Assembly (NCBI GenBank): GCA_041484665.1
Contig: JBGPIA010000001.1
Span: 448,001 to 512,000 of the forward strand
Reading direction: 5' to 3'
Source: Candidatus Krumholzibacteriia bacterium
Lineage (GTDB): Bacteria > Krumholzibacteriota > Krumholzibacteriia > JAJRXK01
Length of the DNA stretch: 64,000 nt
Shown: piece after piece, positions 31,041-41,800 of the stretch
How the letters are laid out: every line of letters begins with the position of its first letter
Position numbering within the stretch: position 1 is the first letter of the stretch
Program-made: the position numbers and the translations under genes
The notes under the pieces: model-generated
What the model was told of the DNA's origin: nothing
Seen by the model: only the letters and a program-made list of their open reading frames with translations
The model's database searches: none

Positions 31041-31829
31041 CTAGCCGAAGCGGCCGGTGATGTAGTCTTCAGTTTCCTTCAGCCGGGGCTTGGTGAAGAT
31101 GTCCTCCGTGGGTCCATACTCGATCAGCCGACCCAGGTACATGAACGCAGTATAGTCGCTGGTGCGCGAGGCCTGCTGCATGTTGTGGGTCACGATCAGG
31201 ATCGAGTACTCGCCGCGCAGCTCCTGGATCAGGTCCTCGATTTTGCCGGTGGCGATGGGATCCAGGGCCGAGCACGGCTCGTCCATGAGCAGCACCTCGG
31301 GCTCGGCCGCGATTGCGCGGGCGATGCACAGGCGCTGTTGCTGCCCGCCCGAGAGGCTGAGGCCGCTCTCATGCAAGCGGTCTTTCACCTCGTCCCACAG
31401 GGCCGCGCCGCGCAGGCTGCGCTCGCACACCTCGTCCAGCATGCGACGGTTGCGCTCGCCGTCGATGCGCAGCGGGTAGACGACGTTTTCGTAGACGCTC
31501 ATGGGGAACGGGTTGCTCTTCTGGAAAACCATTCCCATGCGCTTGCGCAGCTCGATCACGTCCACCCCGGGACCGTAGATGGAGTCACCGTTGAGGCGCA
31601 TCTCCCCCTCGATGCGCACCGTCGGGATCAGGTCGTTCAGCCGGTTCACCGAGCGCAGCAGCGTCGACTTGCCGCAGCCCGACGGGCCGATCAGCGCCGT
31701 CACCTTGCCGCGCGGAATGGGCAGCGCGAGCCCGTAGAGCGCCTGCTTGCTCCCGTACCAGAGATTGAACGCGTCGACCTCCAGCACAGGGTCTTCGCGC
31801 AGCACGACCGGATGGATCTCGGCCGTCAT
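31041..31829 (-). CDS. pstB: Phosphate ABC transporter ATP-binding protein; an in-frame GTG at 32108 would add a Pro/Ala-rich extension
   Basis: [46 protein letters not shown]. Confidence 0.95.
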   Translation of the reverse strand: MTAEIHPVVLREDPVLEVDAFNLWYGSKQALYGLALPIPRGKVTALIGPSGCGKSTLLRSVNRLNDLIPTVRIEGEMRLNGDSIYGPGVDVIELRKRMGMVFQKSNPFPMSVYENVVYPLRIDGERNRRMLDEVCERSLRGAALWDEVKDRLHESGLSLSGGQQQRLCIARAIAAEPEVLLMDEPCSALDPIATGKIEDLIQELRGEYSILIVTHNMQQASRTSDYTAFMYLGRLIEYGPTEDIFTKPRLKETEDYITGRFG

Positions 31830-32109
31830 GCTGCCGCCCTGGGCGATGGCCTGGAGCCCAGCGGCCAGCGGCCCCCCGCCCGTCCCCGCCGTCAGGTGCG
31901 CCGGCAGCGCGGGTGCTGGAGACGCGGGGTCGAGCGGCACCGCCGCCGCGGGCCCGGCGGGCACTGCCGCCGCGGGCTCGCCCGGCGCAAGCGGGACGGG
32001 CCCGCCCTGCGCACCCGGCCAAGGCCCGCTGGAATTCGGTGGCGCGGGTGCGGTGGGCGCCGCGGGCGGGACAAGGTCGTCGGACGCAGACGGCTGCACG
32101 CTCTGCACC

Positions 32110-34032
32110 CTAGAAATGGCTGGCCACGAAGCGCCGGCGCAGGCGCGCGCGCAGCTGGACCGCCCCCACGTTGAGCGCTGCGACCACGGCAATCAAGAGC
32201 AGCGTTGTCGTGAACACCATCGGCTTGGCGGCCTCGCTGTTCTGGCTCTGGAATCCCAGGTCGAAGATGTGGAACCCCAGGTGCATGAAGCTGCGCTCCA
32301 GGTGCACGAAGGGCAAGACCCCGTCGACCGGCAGCTCCGGCGCGAGCTTCACCGCACCCACCAGCATCAGCGGCGCGACCTCTCCGGCTCCGCGCGCCAT
32401 CGCCAGGATCATGCCGGTCATGATCCCGGGCAGAGCCCGCGGCAGGATGATCCGGCGGATCGTCTGCCACTTGCTGGCGCCGCACGCGTAGGACCCCTCG
32501 CGCATCGAGCCGGGCACCGCGGCGAGGGCCTCCTCGGTGGCGACGATCACCACCGGCAGGGTCAGCAGCGCCAGGGTCAGCGACGACCACAGCACGCCGC
32601 CCTTGCCGAAGGTCGGATTGGGCAGGCGCGCGGCGAAGAAGAGCTGGTCGATATGCGCCCCGAGCGCGTAGCAGAAGAAGCCCAGGCCGAACACGCCGAA
32701 CACGATGCTGGGGACGCCCGCCAGATTGTTCACGGCGATGCGAACCGCGCTCACCACCGGGCCGGCCTTGGCATACTCGCGCAGGTAGAGGGCGGCGAGC
32801 ACACCGAAGGGCACCACGGCCAGCGTCATGACCAGCGTCATCACGACCGTGCCGAACAGGGCCGGGAACACGCCGCCTTCGCTGTTGGCCTCCCGCGGCT
32901 CGCCGGCGAGGAATTCTCGCCAGCGGTCCAGGTAGACCGCGAGCCGCTGCGGCCAGGTCAGCCGGTTCGCGGGATACGCGCGGACGATGTCGGCCAGCGG
33001 GAGCGACTTGCGCTGGCCATCGCTGATGCCCAGCACGAGCGCGTAGCGGGCATTCTCGGCATCGAGGCGGGCGGCGCGCTCCTGCAAGCGCGTGAGCTCC
33101 TGGTCGGCGGACTGGCGGGCCCGCGCGTAGTCGGCGGCCGCTGCCTCGGCCGGCGCCGACGCGGCGCCCTGGTCCAGCTCGGCCTGGCGCACGCGCAGGC
33201 GCGCGCGCTCGCAAGCCCGGTTGATGCGTCCGACCTCAGCCTGCTCGAGGGTGTGGCGCCGGCGCCAGCGGGCGCGGACCTCACCGTGGTAACGACGGAA
33301 CTGCTCCCAGGCCTGCTCCGGCTGCACGGTGACGTCCTGCCCGTCGATCTGGAAGGCCACCACACTGCCGATGAATCGGCCCCAAGCCATCCGCTCGACC
33401 GTGACCGCCCAGGGGGGCCGCTCCTCCCGCGCGACATCTTCGTCGTCGACCCAGACGAAGTGGATACCGGTCAAGTCGAAGTTGCCCGTGCGCACGAGCC
33501 TGCGATGCGCAAGGGGCAAACCCGCCGGCTCAGCTGCGGTCGCCGGTCCACCGGCCGGCGGCGCGCCGGCACCGCCGACGCGAGCCCCACTGCGGCTGCC
33601 GGCCGCCGGCGAAGGCGGCGGCAGTTGCGAGGCCTGCGCCGGGTGCGGCACCTGCGGCGGTTGCGGGCGGTAGGACTCGTGCCGGGTGATCTCCCCCACG
33701 ATCCGGCCGCCCTCGCGCGTCTGCAGCTCCACCACGCGCGACGGCCAGAAGGTGGCCGTTCCGCGCAGGAGCACCAAGAAGAGCAAGCCGGAGATCATGG
33801 CCAGCGCCACGGCCAGCGCTCCGCCGGTCACCCAGATCATGGGCTCGCCGTGGGCCAGCAGCGAGGCGCGTGCGCGCGTGCGCAGCCGCGCACCGGCCGA
33901 GCGCCGCGGGGTGACCGCGGGCTGGCCACCGGGGGGGCCGTCGGCGGGGCCGCCCGGCACACCGCCGGCAGGGCGGCCGGGCAGGCCGCCGGGCGCGGGG
34001 CGCGCGGGCCGGAAGAGGGTCGCTCCGTTCAT
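32110..34032 (-). CDS. pstA: Phosphate ABC transporter permease with a large periplasmic insert
   Basis: [34 protein letters not shown]. Confidence 0.92.
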   Translation of the reverse strand: MNGATLFRPARPAPGGLPGRPAGGVPGGPADGPPGGQPAVTPRRSAGARLRTRARASLLAHGEPMIWVTGGALAVALAMISGLLFLVLLRGTATFWPSRVVELQTREGGRIVGEITRHESYRPQPPQVPHPAQASQLPPPSPAAGSRSGARVGGAGAPPAGGPATAAEPAGLPLAHRRLVRTGNFDLTGIHFVWVDDEDVAREERPPWAVTVERMAWGRFIGSVVAFQIDGQDVTVQPEQAWEQFRRYHGEVRARWRRRHTLEQAEVGRINRACERARLRVRQAELDQGAASAPAEAAAADYARARQSADQELTRLQERAARLDAENARYALVLGISDGQRKSLPLADIVRAYPANRLTWPQRLAVYLDRWREFLAGEPREANSEGGVFPALFGTVVMTLVMTLAVVPFGVLAALYLREYAKAGPVVSAVRIAVNNLAGVPSIVFGVFGLGFFCYALGAHIDQLFFAARLPNPTFGKGGVLWSSLTLALLTLPVVIVATEEALAAVPGSMREGSYACGASKWQTIRRIILPRALPGIMTGMILAMARGAGEVAPLMLVGAVKLAPELPVDGVLPFVHLERSFMHLGFHIFDLGFQSQNSEAAKPMVFTTTLLLIAVVAALNVGAVQLRARLRRRFVASHF

Positions 34033-36623
34033 AGCTCGAAGGCGCGCTTACGGTAACGCTGCCGCACGATCTCGGCCGCCGTGTTCAGCAGGAACGTCAT
34101 GGCGAACAAAGTCAGCGCAGCCAGGAACAGCGTGCGGAAGTGCGTGCTGCCCCGTACTGCTTCGGGCATCTCGACGGCGATGTTCGCCGAGAGCGTGCGG
34201 AAGCCATTGAACACGTTCCAGTCCATGATGGGCGTGTTGCCGGCCGCCATGAGCACGATCATCGTTTCCCCCACCGCGCGGCCCAGACCCACCATCACCG
34301 CGGAGAAGATCCCGCTCATGGCGGTGGGGATGACGATGCGATGCGCGGTCTGCCAGGGGGTGGCACCGGCGCCCAGCGACGCGGAGCGGAGGTGCTCGGG
34401 CACGGCCGCCAGCGCGTCCTCGGCGATCGTGTAGATGATGGGAATGATGGCGAAGCCCATCACGAAGCCGACGATCAGGGAGTTGCTCTGCACGTAGGTG
34501 CCCAGATAGGCGCCACGCGGGTCCAGTCCCAGGGCGGCCAGCGCACCGGAGATGCCCAGCGCCATCGCCAGGGTCAGGAGCACCCCCAGCGCGAAGCGCA
34601 GTGCGTCGGCCGCTGCCCAGCGCTGCCGGGACCAGCGTGGCCCCATCCGGCGCAGCCAGGGGCCGATCGTCCGATCGCCGAGTAGCGCCGCGGCCAGCGC
34701 GGAGATCGGCAATGTCAGCAGCGTCCATCCGCCCGCGGCCCCACCCACCTGCCCGTCGAGCCAGCGCATGATGTCGCCCGCGAAGAAGGCGCGCTCGACC
34801 GGCGGGCCGAGCAACGCCGCCCCCGCGATCCCGACCGGCAGCATGGCGCAGATGCAGGCAAAGCGTCCGCGCAGCAGCCGCAGGCTCGTGCCCTGCGGCA
34901 GCAGCTGCCACAGATAGGCGCCCGCAAGGAAGGCAAGCGGCACGGTTGCCAGCGCCGCGAGCACCGACGGCAGCACCGTGCGGACGAACGGCGCGATCAC
35001 CAGCGCGGCCAGGAAGCCGAGCACGACGCTGGGCAGGCTGGCCATCAGCTCGATCGCCGGCTTCACCCGCGCCCGCGCGCGCGGCGACAGGAACTCGCTG
35101 GTGAACACCGCCGCCAGGAGCGCGATGGGAACGCCCAAGAGCATGGAGTAGAGGGTTGCCTTCAGCGTGCCGAACACCAGCGGCATCACGCCCAGCTTGG
35201 GCTCGGCGTCATCGCTGCCGCCGGAAGACTGCCAGACGTGCAGCGGCTCCGGATAGCCCTCGTACCATACGGGCCGGAAGAGCCCCGCCAGCCCAGCCTC
35301 GGGATGCCGCGGATCCACGCGCCACAGCCCCGCGGCCGCGGCGCCCCATGCCAGCAGGCCGTCGTCCTTGGGCGCGAGCGCCACGGCGGCGATGGCTCCC
35401 AGTTGGGGCCGGCGCACGCTGGCAAGCTGGCGCCCGCTGGTCACGTGCAGCAGGCGCAGCTCGCCTCCCGCGTGACCGGCCGCCACCAGCCGCGTGCGCG
35501 ACGATGACGCCAGAGCGGTGACGGCACCCTGGCCCAGCCCCAGATCGTGGGCGAGCACCAGGCCCTGACCGTCGGCGCCGCCCGCGTGTGGGGAGGGTGC
35601 CACAAACCAAGCGCAGACCGACCCGCGGGAGTCGCCGGCGACCAGCGTGGTCCTGCCCAGCAGGAAGGCCAGCGCCGTGAGCCGGTCCCCCGGCGCAGCC
35701 ACCAGATCGGCCTGCTCCACGGGGCGCAGCGTCGCACCGTCGGACCGCAGCCGCAGCAGCTGGCCGTCCTCCCACGCCACGAAGACCTGATCGCCCTGCG
35801 CCGAGAGCAGCAGGAACGACGGGGCGCGCCCGTCGGCATGCGGCGGCAGCGGAGTCGTCGACGAGCGGGCGGTCCATGTCACCTGGCCGGTGAGCAGGTT
35901 CTTGCGTTGGCGCAGGCTGTGCAGCCGCAGCGTTCCATCCGCGCTGAGCGCGCAGACCACGGGCCCCGACGAGCGCCACGAGGCGTCGAGCAGCCGCACG
36001 GGCGAGCCCCCCGGCTCGGCGAGCGGCGCATCGAGCTGCGCCTCCACTCCGTGCACGCGCAGCTGCCCTTGCTGTGCGCGCACCGCCAGGCCGGCGCCCA
36101 GAGGAGCGGTCGCTCCCGCCGCCAGCGCGCGCACGGCTGGCGGGAGAGAATCGGCCGGGGGGAATCCCATTGTGAAGCGGATGTGCCCCAGCCGCACCGA
36201 GCCGTCGGCGAAGCCGAACACGGCGTCATCACCGCGCGCCGTGAACGCCGCGGCCGTCAGCGCCCCGGAGACGACCAGTGGCTCGCTGCGCAGCTGCTTG
36301 CCGTCGGCGAGGCTGAACACCGAGAGCGTTCCGTCGTCCCCCAGTGCATAGCCCAGGGTCTGGGTCTCGTCGACGGCGACATGGAGCGGGCGCGCCGGCG
36401 GACCGGCGCGCGGGATCTCCCGCCCGCGATCGAGCTTCGCGGGCAGGAAGAGAGGGACAACCACCCAGACCAGGAACACGCCGACCGTGGAGATCGCGAG
36501 AATCGTCCCAATGCCCCCGACGGTGATCAGGGCGCGCGCGACCTTGTCCACGACCCGGACGCTGCGCCGGGTCGTGCGGCGGCGGGAACGTCCCGTGAAC
36601 GTCTGGGTGTCCGGCGTGGCCAA
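34029..36623 (-). CDS. pstC: Phosphate ABC transporter permease with an N-terminal beta-propeller-like domain
   Basis: VWYEGYPEP..WQSS, GTLKAT, ELMASLPSVVLG, GRAVGETMIVLMAAGNT, RTLSANIA. Confidence 0.92.
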   Translation of the reverse strand: MATPDTQTFTGRSRRRTTRRSVRVVDKVARALITVGGIGTILAISTVGVFLVWVVVPLFLPAKLDRGREIPRAGPPARPLHVAVDETQTLGYALGDDGTLSVFSLADGKQLRSEPLVVSGALTAAAFTARGDDAVFGFADGSVRLGHIRFTMGFPPADSLPPAVRALAAGATAPLGAGLAVRAQQGQLRVHGVEAQLDAPLAEPGGSPVRLLDASWRSSGPVVCALSADGTLRLHSLRQRKNLLTGQVTWTARSSTTPLPPHADGRAPSFLLLSAQGDQVFVAWEDGQLLRLRSDGATLRPVEQADLVAAPGDRLTALAFLLGRTTLVAGDSRGSVCAWFVAPSPHAGGADGQGLVLAHDLGLGQGAVTALASSSRTRLVAAGHAGGELRLLHVTSGRQLASVRRPQLGAIAAVALAPKDDGLLAWGAAAAGLWRVDPRHPEAGLAGLFRPVWYEGYPEPLHVWQSSGGSDDAEPKLGVMPLVFGTLKATLYSMLLGVPIALLAAVFTSEFLSPRARARVKPAIELMASLPSVVLGFLAALVIAPFVRTVLPSVLAALATVPLAFLAGAYLWQLLPQGTSLRLLRGRFACICAMLPVGIAGAALLGPPVERAFFAGDIMRWLDGQVGGAAGGWTLLTLPISALAAALLGDRTIGPWLRRMGPRWSRQRWAAADALRFALGVLLTLAMALGISGALAALGLDPRGAYLGTYVQSNSLIVGFVMGFAIIPIIYTIAEDALAAVPEHLRSASLGAGATPWQTAHRIVIPTAMSGIFSAVMVGLGRAVGETMIVLMAAGNTPIMDWNVFNGFRTLSANIAVEMPEAVRGSTHFRTLFLAALTLFAMTFLLNTAAEIVRQRYRKRAFEL

Positions 36624-36636
36624 GTAGTGTATTCGC

Positions 36637-37665
36637 CTAGATCCCCGGACGAACGCCCACGGACTGCAGCGCCTCCTGGGCCATGGCAGCGGTCACCGGG
36701 AAGAACCCATCCTTGATCACGTCCTGTTGCCCCTGCTTGCTCAATACGTAGCGGAGGAATTCCCGGCGGAGCGGATCCAGCTCGGTGTTGGGCTTGCAGT
36801 TCACGTAGATGAACAGGAAGCGCGCGAGGGAGTACTCGCCCGAGTAGGCGTGCTCGCCCACGGCCTCAACGAACTTGGCGCCCGCCGCCTCGGCCAACGG
36901 CACCGCGCGCACGTCGGCCGTCTTGTAGCCGATCCCGCTGTAGCCCATCGCGAAGCGATCGCTGGCCACGCCCTGCACCACCGAGGAACTGCCCGGCATC
37001 TCCTTGACGGTGTCCTTGTAGTCGCCCCCGAACAGCGCGTGCTCCTTGAAGTAGCCATACGTTCCCGAGGCCGCGTTGCGGCCGTAGAGGCTGATCGGCT
37101 TATCCGCCCACTCGCCGGTCAGGCCCAGTTCGCCCCAGGTGCGAATCTCCTTGCTGACCCCACTCTTGCGCGTGCGGGAGAAGATCGCGTCCAGCTGCTG
37201 CAGCGTGAGCCCCTTGATCGGATTGTCCTTGTGCACGTAGACCGCGAGCATATCGACACTGGTCGCCACCGCCGTGGGCTTGTAGCCGAACTGCTTCTGG
37301 AAGGCGTCGACCTCCGCGTCTTTCATCTCGCGGCTCATGGGCCCGAAGGTGGACGAGCCGGCGATCAGCGCCGGCGGAGCCGTGGACGAGCCCTTCCCCT
37401 CGATCTCGACCTGCACGTTGGGGTAGAGCTTGCGGAAGCTCTCGCTCCACAGGGTCATCAGGTTGTTCATCGTGTCGGAGCCGATGCTCTTGATCGTGCC
37501 GGAGGCGCCCTGCGCCGTGCGGTATTCCGGCAGCCCGTCATCGACCTTGACCTGCGCGCGGACGGCGAAGGGTACGGCGAGCGAAGCGGCGAGCGCTGCG
37601 CCGGCCAGCGCCGTGCGGGCCGTGCTGCATCGACTGCGGATCATCCTGGGACTCCTCTTTTCCAT
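36637..37665 (-). CDS. pstS: Phosphate ABC transporter substrate-binding protein
   Basis: Signal peptide; GSDTM, GKGSSTA, GPMSR, GRNAASGTY, YSGIGY. Confidence 0.95.
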   Translation of the reverse strand: MEKRSPRMIRSRCSTARTALAGAALAASLAVPFAVRAQVKVDDGLPEYRTAQGASGTIKSIGSDTMNNLMTLWSESFRKLYPNVQVEIEGKGSSTAPPALIAGSSTFGPMSREMKDAEVDAFQKQFGYKPTAVATSVDMLAVYVHKDNPIKGLTLQQLDAIFSRTRKSGVSKEIRTWGELGLTGEWADKPISLYGRNAASGTYGYFKEHALFGGDYKDTVKEMPGSSSVVQGVASDRFAMGYSGIGYKTADVRAVPLAEAAGAKFVEAVGEHAYSGEYSLARFLFIYVNCKPNTELDPLRREFLRYVLSKQGQQDVIKDGFFPVTAAMAQEALQSVGVRPGI

Positions 37666-37704
37666 GGGTGGTGCGCCCGAGACCGGGCCCGAACCAGCGC
37701 CGTC

Positions 37705-37770
37705 ACGATAGCAGCCCCGTACGCTCGGTCACCGCGACAGACGGTGACGTTTGTGTGACGAACCGGTGAC
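37705..37770 (-). promoter_or_regulatory. Pho box array and putative -10 upstream of pstS
   Basis: GTCAC (minus strand) at 37766-70, 37755-59 and 37744-48, exact 11-bp period; CTGTCGC at 37734-40; TG-C-TATCGT at about 37705-13. Confidence 0.72.
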
Positions 37771-37823
37771 CGGCTAGGCGGGTGCGCCTGTAATTCGACA
37801 AATCGTTGTTTGACAATGGATTA

Positions 37824-38600
37824 TCAGACGCACGGCGGGCCGGTCGTCGGGCGAGCGGGCGCGGAGCCCACTGCAATGACCCCTGCACTCGACCGCGCGT
37901 CGTACCCCTCCGCGCGCCGGTACCAGTCCTCGTGGAGCCAGAGACGCGCGGGGTCGCCCCGCGCGAGCGTGAGGAAATGCACCAGCACGCGGCGCGAATC
38001 CTCGACCACCAGCAGTCGCCAGTCCTGCGGGGCGGGCGCAAACCACGTCCAGGTGCCGCGAGCGCCACCAGGAGTCGCTGGCTGCGCCGGCTCGCCCGGC
38101 TCGGGCGGCTCGGGAGGCTCAGGCGGTTCGGGAGGCCGCAACGGGGCGCCGGGCTTGTTCGCCGCCCCGCTCTTGCGCGACTGCGCCTGGGCATCGAGCA
38201 GCTCGTGCTCGCGCCAAGACGCGCTGCCGGCGCCACCCTCGCTGCGATCGTCTGCCGCCCCGCCGTTGCCAGGCAGCCCCATGCCCTGCAACGCAAGCAG
38301 CTCGCGGCGCAGCACAGAGGCACAGAGGTACGACCATGGAGTGCTGTCACCGTCAACCGCGTGCATGGGGTCCGCGGGCGCGAAGCGCAGGCGGCCCGCC
38401 TGCGCCCCCAACCCCCGCACGCACCATCCGGAGCGCACGAACAACGGTGGAAAGGCCGTGACGACCCTCGCCAGGTCGATTGGGCCCACCCCCGGCGCGC
38501 CGCGCGGGCCCGTCAGGCGCGACGCCGCCTCTGCAGCCCGGGCGCGAAAGGAGCGCAGCTGCGCGGCATCGGTCCCGCAGAAGTAGTAGCGCAGGCTCAA
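37824..38600 (-). CDS. Hypothetical protein with a (PPE)n linker; start uncertain (TTG at 38600 assumed)
   Basis: Globular-looking segments DGDSTPWSYLCASVLRREL and WTWFAPAPQDWRLLVVED..LWLHEDWY. Confidence 0.55.
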   Translation of the reverse strand: MSLRYYFCGTDAAQLRSFRARAAEAASRLTGPRGAPGVGPIDLARVVTAFPPLFVRSGWCVRGLGAQAGRLRFAPADPMHAVDGDSTPWSYLCASVLRRELLALQGMGLPGNGGAADDRSEGGAGSASWREHELLDAQAQSRKSGAANKPGAPLRPPEPPEPPEPPEPGEPAQPATPGGARGTWTWFAPAPQDWRLLVVEDSRRVLVHFLTLARGDPARLWLHEDWYRRAEGYDARSSAGVIAVGSAPARPTTGPPCV

Positions 38601-38661
38601 TGGCTCAGTGCCCGCGGGCGCGCACGACGCCGGCGCGGGGACGGCCCAGTATGGTGTGGTC

Positions 38662-38691
38662 GGCCGGCGGGGGCAACCGCCCCCGCCGGCC
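38662..38691. terminator. 13-bp GC hairpin downstream of the large secreted protein gene
   Basis: ggccggcgggggc-aacc-gcccccgccggcc. Confidence 0.45.
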
Positions 38692-38855
38692 TCGCGTGGC
38701 GCTCGTGCGGCAAGGCCCCGCGCGGCCTCGCCCACACTGACGGTGCCGCGGTGAGCGCCGCACCGCTCGGCACGAGCGCCGGTTGGAGAGCAGGGGCACG
38801 CCCTGGTCCCGGCAGGCACCTCTGCGCCGGTGACCTGGACCGCCTCTGCTGAGGG

Positions 38856-41800
38856 CTATTTCACCAAGGCCATCTTACGAACCTCTTCCTGGCCGAATCC
38901 GGTGACCTGGTACAGGTAGATGCCACTTCCGACCGGTGCGCCCGTGGCGTCGGTCCCGTTCCAGAGCACCGCGTGGGCTCCGCGATCCACGTTGGCGTCG
39001 AGCAGGGTTGCCACCCGCTCGCCGCGCACGTTGTACACCCTCACGCTCACGTGCCCGCGGGCCGGCGCCATGAACTCGATGCTGGTGACGGGGTTGAAGG
39101 GATTGGGACGATTCTGGCCCACGACCAGCCGGCGGGTGGCCACGCGATCGGCCGCGACCACGTTGCCACCCCCGGCCGGGTGGCCGAAGCACTGCAGCAG
39201 GTCGCGCAGCAGGTTGGCGCGCGCGGAGCGCCCGCCGCCGGTGGCCGGTCCGCCGATCACGTCGTAGACGTAGACGAACCCGTAGGGGAACGTCACGTGC
39301 ACGCGGTCGTACGCCTGTGCTGCGATGGTGTCACGGCGCGCGTAGTAGACGCTGGCCGAGGGGGCGAAGGGGCCCGGGCTGAACGCGTGCGCCTTGACGG
39401 CGCCGACGGCGCCCGGCCCGATGTTGTCGAACGAGTTGATCCCGGGGCACCCGCCAAAGGCGACGTACCGCGTGCTGAAGCACGGCACGGCACCGGTGGG
39501 AGTGACCTGGGGCGCGGTCTGGCCGCCGATGGACGGCCGTGCGTCGTTCGCCACGCGCAGAACGCCCATGACGTTGGCCAGGTAGACCAGCCCGTTGCCA
39601 CCCAGGCCGCTGGCGATTTCATCGCCGAAATAGGCCGCGTAGCGATTGTGGGGCTGAGCGTTCCAGGCCGTGAGCACGCCCACGTCGTCGCTCTTGTCGT
39701 TGCTGCCCGTCCCGCTGCCGTCACTGATCAGGAATCGCTCGAGATCCTCGCAGACGTAGATGAGGCATTCGTAGCCCTCCAGCTGCTGCGCGTTGGCACC
39801 GTGGACCCCAGCCGAGCCGAGCCCATTGCTGACACCCGAGTCCGGCCCCTGGCCGGTGTAGGAGTCGTACTCGATCCCCTCCCTCAGGCCGTTCTGACCG
39901 AAGGCGAACAGGTACTCGTTCTCGCCGCCGCGGCGGCCGAAGTCATTCCACAGCAGGATCTTCGGTTGGGTGATGGTCGTCTCGCCAGTCGCCACCGTGA
40001 GCTTCGCGCTGGGGAGCCCGCGCACGACGTAGGTGCGGTTGTAGTCGGCGCCCCGCGCGAATCCGCTGGTGTCGGCCGGGAGCACCGCCGACTCCGCCGG
40101 GTTGAGCGTCGCGGCGCTGAAGCAGTAACGCAGGACGTCGCCCGGGAAGAACAGCCCGTGTTCCGGCGTCTCGTACGGCGCCAGGGTCGTCGGCCCGTCG
40201 GGAAGGTCGAAGAACCAGCGATTGGGCACGCGCGCCCCGCCCGCGGTGTTCGACGGCCGGCCGGCGACGAAGCCTCGCCACCTGTTCGGTCCGACCTGCG
40301 TCACGCCGGAGCCGGGCTGCGCGGCAAGGTCGGCCAGCGCCGCTGCTCGCGCCGCATTGAATGCCGGGTTGGCGTCGAGCGCCCAGAGCATCTTGATCGA
40401 CGACTCGTCCACGACCGCGCCCGGTTTGCGCGCCACGATGTCCACGATGATGGAGTCGCCGGGCACGTTGGCAGCTCCGATCGGCCGGATGTCCTGGGCC
40501 ATGTCCAGGCGGATCGCCAGGTCCGAGGCCTGGAATCCTCCGTGGGTCCCATCGGTGATCGGAGTGCCGGACTGGGGGAACGAATCGTTGAAGATATCCA
40601 GCTCGCGGGTGGCGAAGCCGGGCCCGACGGCGTTGTACTTCGCGAACGCGATGTTGTCGTACAGCGGCGCCGGCGTCGCGTCGTTACCGGGGAAGTTGAA
40701 GATGTCCGCGAGGTCGACGACCCCCATCGCGATCTGGACGCTGTCCGGCGCGTTGACCAGCAGGTCGGACACCTCCAGGCGGTTGGTGGTGTTCAGCGGG
40801 CTGTTGTTGATGTAGGCGCCCGGGCTGCCGTAGTACACGAAGTTGCGGTCGACCCAGGGCCCCCACGTGCCGCTGTTCGGATCGGGGTAGCTGCGGATGT
40901 GCCAGATGCTGAAGATCCCGTTGAGCAGCGGGAGATCCGACCAGACCAGGTAGTGCAGGAACGCGCCACCCACGGCCCCGTCATCCGCAGGGCCGGGCAG
41001 GTCGTAGGCGAATGGTGGCGACCACACCTCGTTGTTGAGCGCGGTGCCGCCGAGAGTGAGGCCGCCAGTGTAGTTGACGACCCAGCCGCCGGGGATCCCG
41101 TAGCCCGCGGTGCCGACGTTGCCCCCCGTGCTGCGCCCCAGCGCGTCGTTGTTGGGCGGCGTGCCGTCATCGATGAAGCCCATCTGGGGCGACAGGTTGT
41201 CCAGGCACGGGTCGGTGTCCTGGAAGCGCGTGAACAACTTGGAGAAATCGCCCACGAAATCGGCCGGCACCGGGGTCCAGCCCCCGTCGCTGCCGCCCTC
41301 GAAGGTTGCCTGGGAGATCACCGTTCCGTTGCGGCGCACCTGGATCTGGTCGACCTGCGCACCGCCGTCGGTGGGCCACAGGCCGTCCTCGTCGGAGGCT
41401 GCTCCGTCGGACCCCAGGCGGATCCGCAGATGGATCTGATTGTGCGCTGGGCCCGCATAGGTGCCGGGGCGGTAGCGGATCGTGCGATTGAACTCCGCCG
41501 GAGCGCTGAACACGCCGCTGGTGTCGCGGTTGGAGGCGCTGACCGACAGCAGTGTCAGCATCGTGCCAGCGGAGTCCCACAGGGTCTGGAAGAAGTCGTA
41601 CCCGGGCTCGGTGTCATAGTTGTAGAGGAACGCCAGCTGCATCGCGGAGCTGTCCGCAGCGCTCGGGACAAAGAACCGGTAATCGAGCCAGTCGTTCCAG
41701 TTGTTGCCGTAGCCGGGCGCCGTGGCGAACCCGGGCGTGCCCGCCGGCACCCCGGCCCACGTCGCGTGGTTGGTGGGCGGGACAGTGTAGGCCCCCTGCC

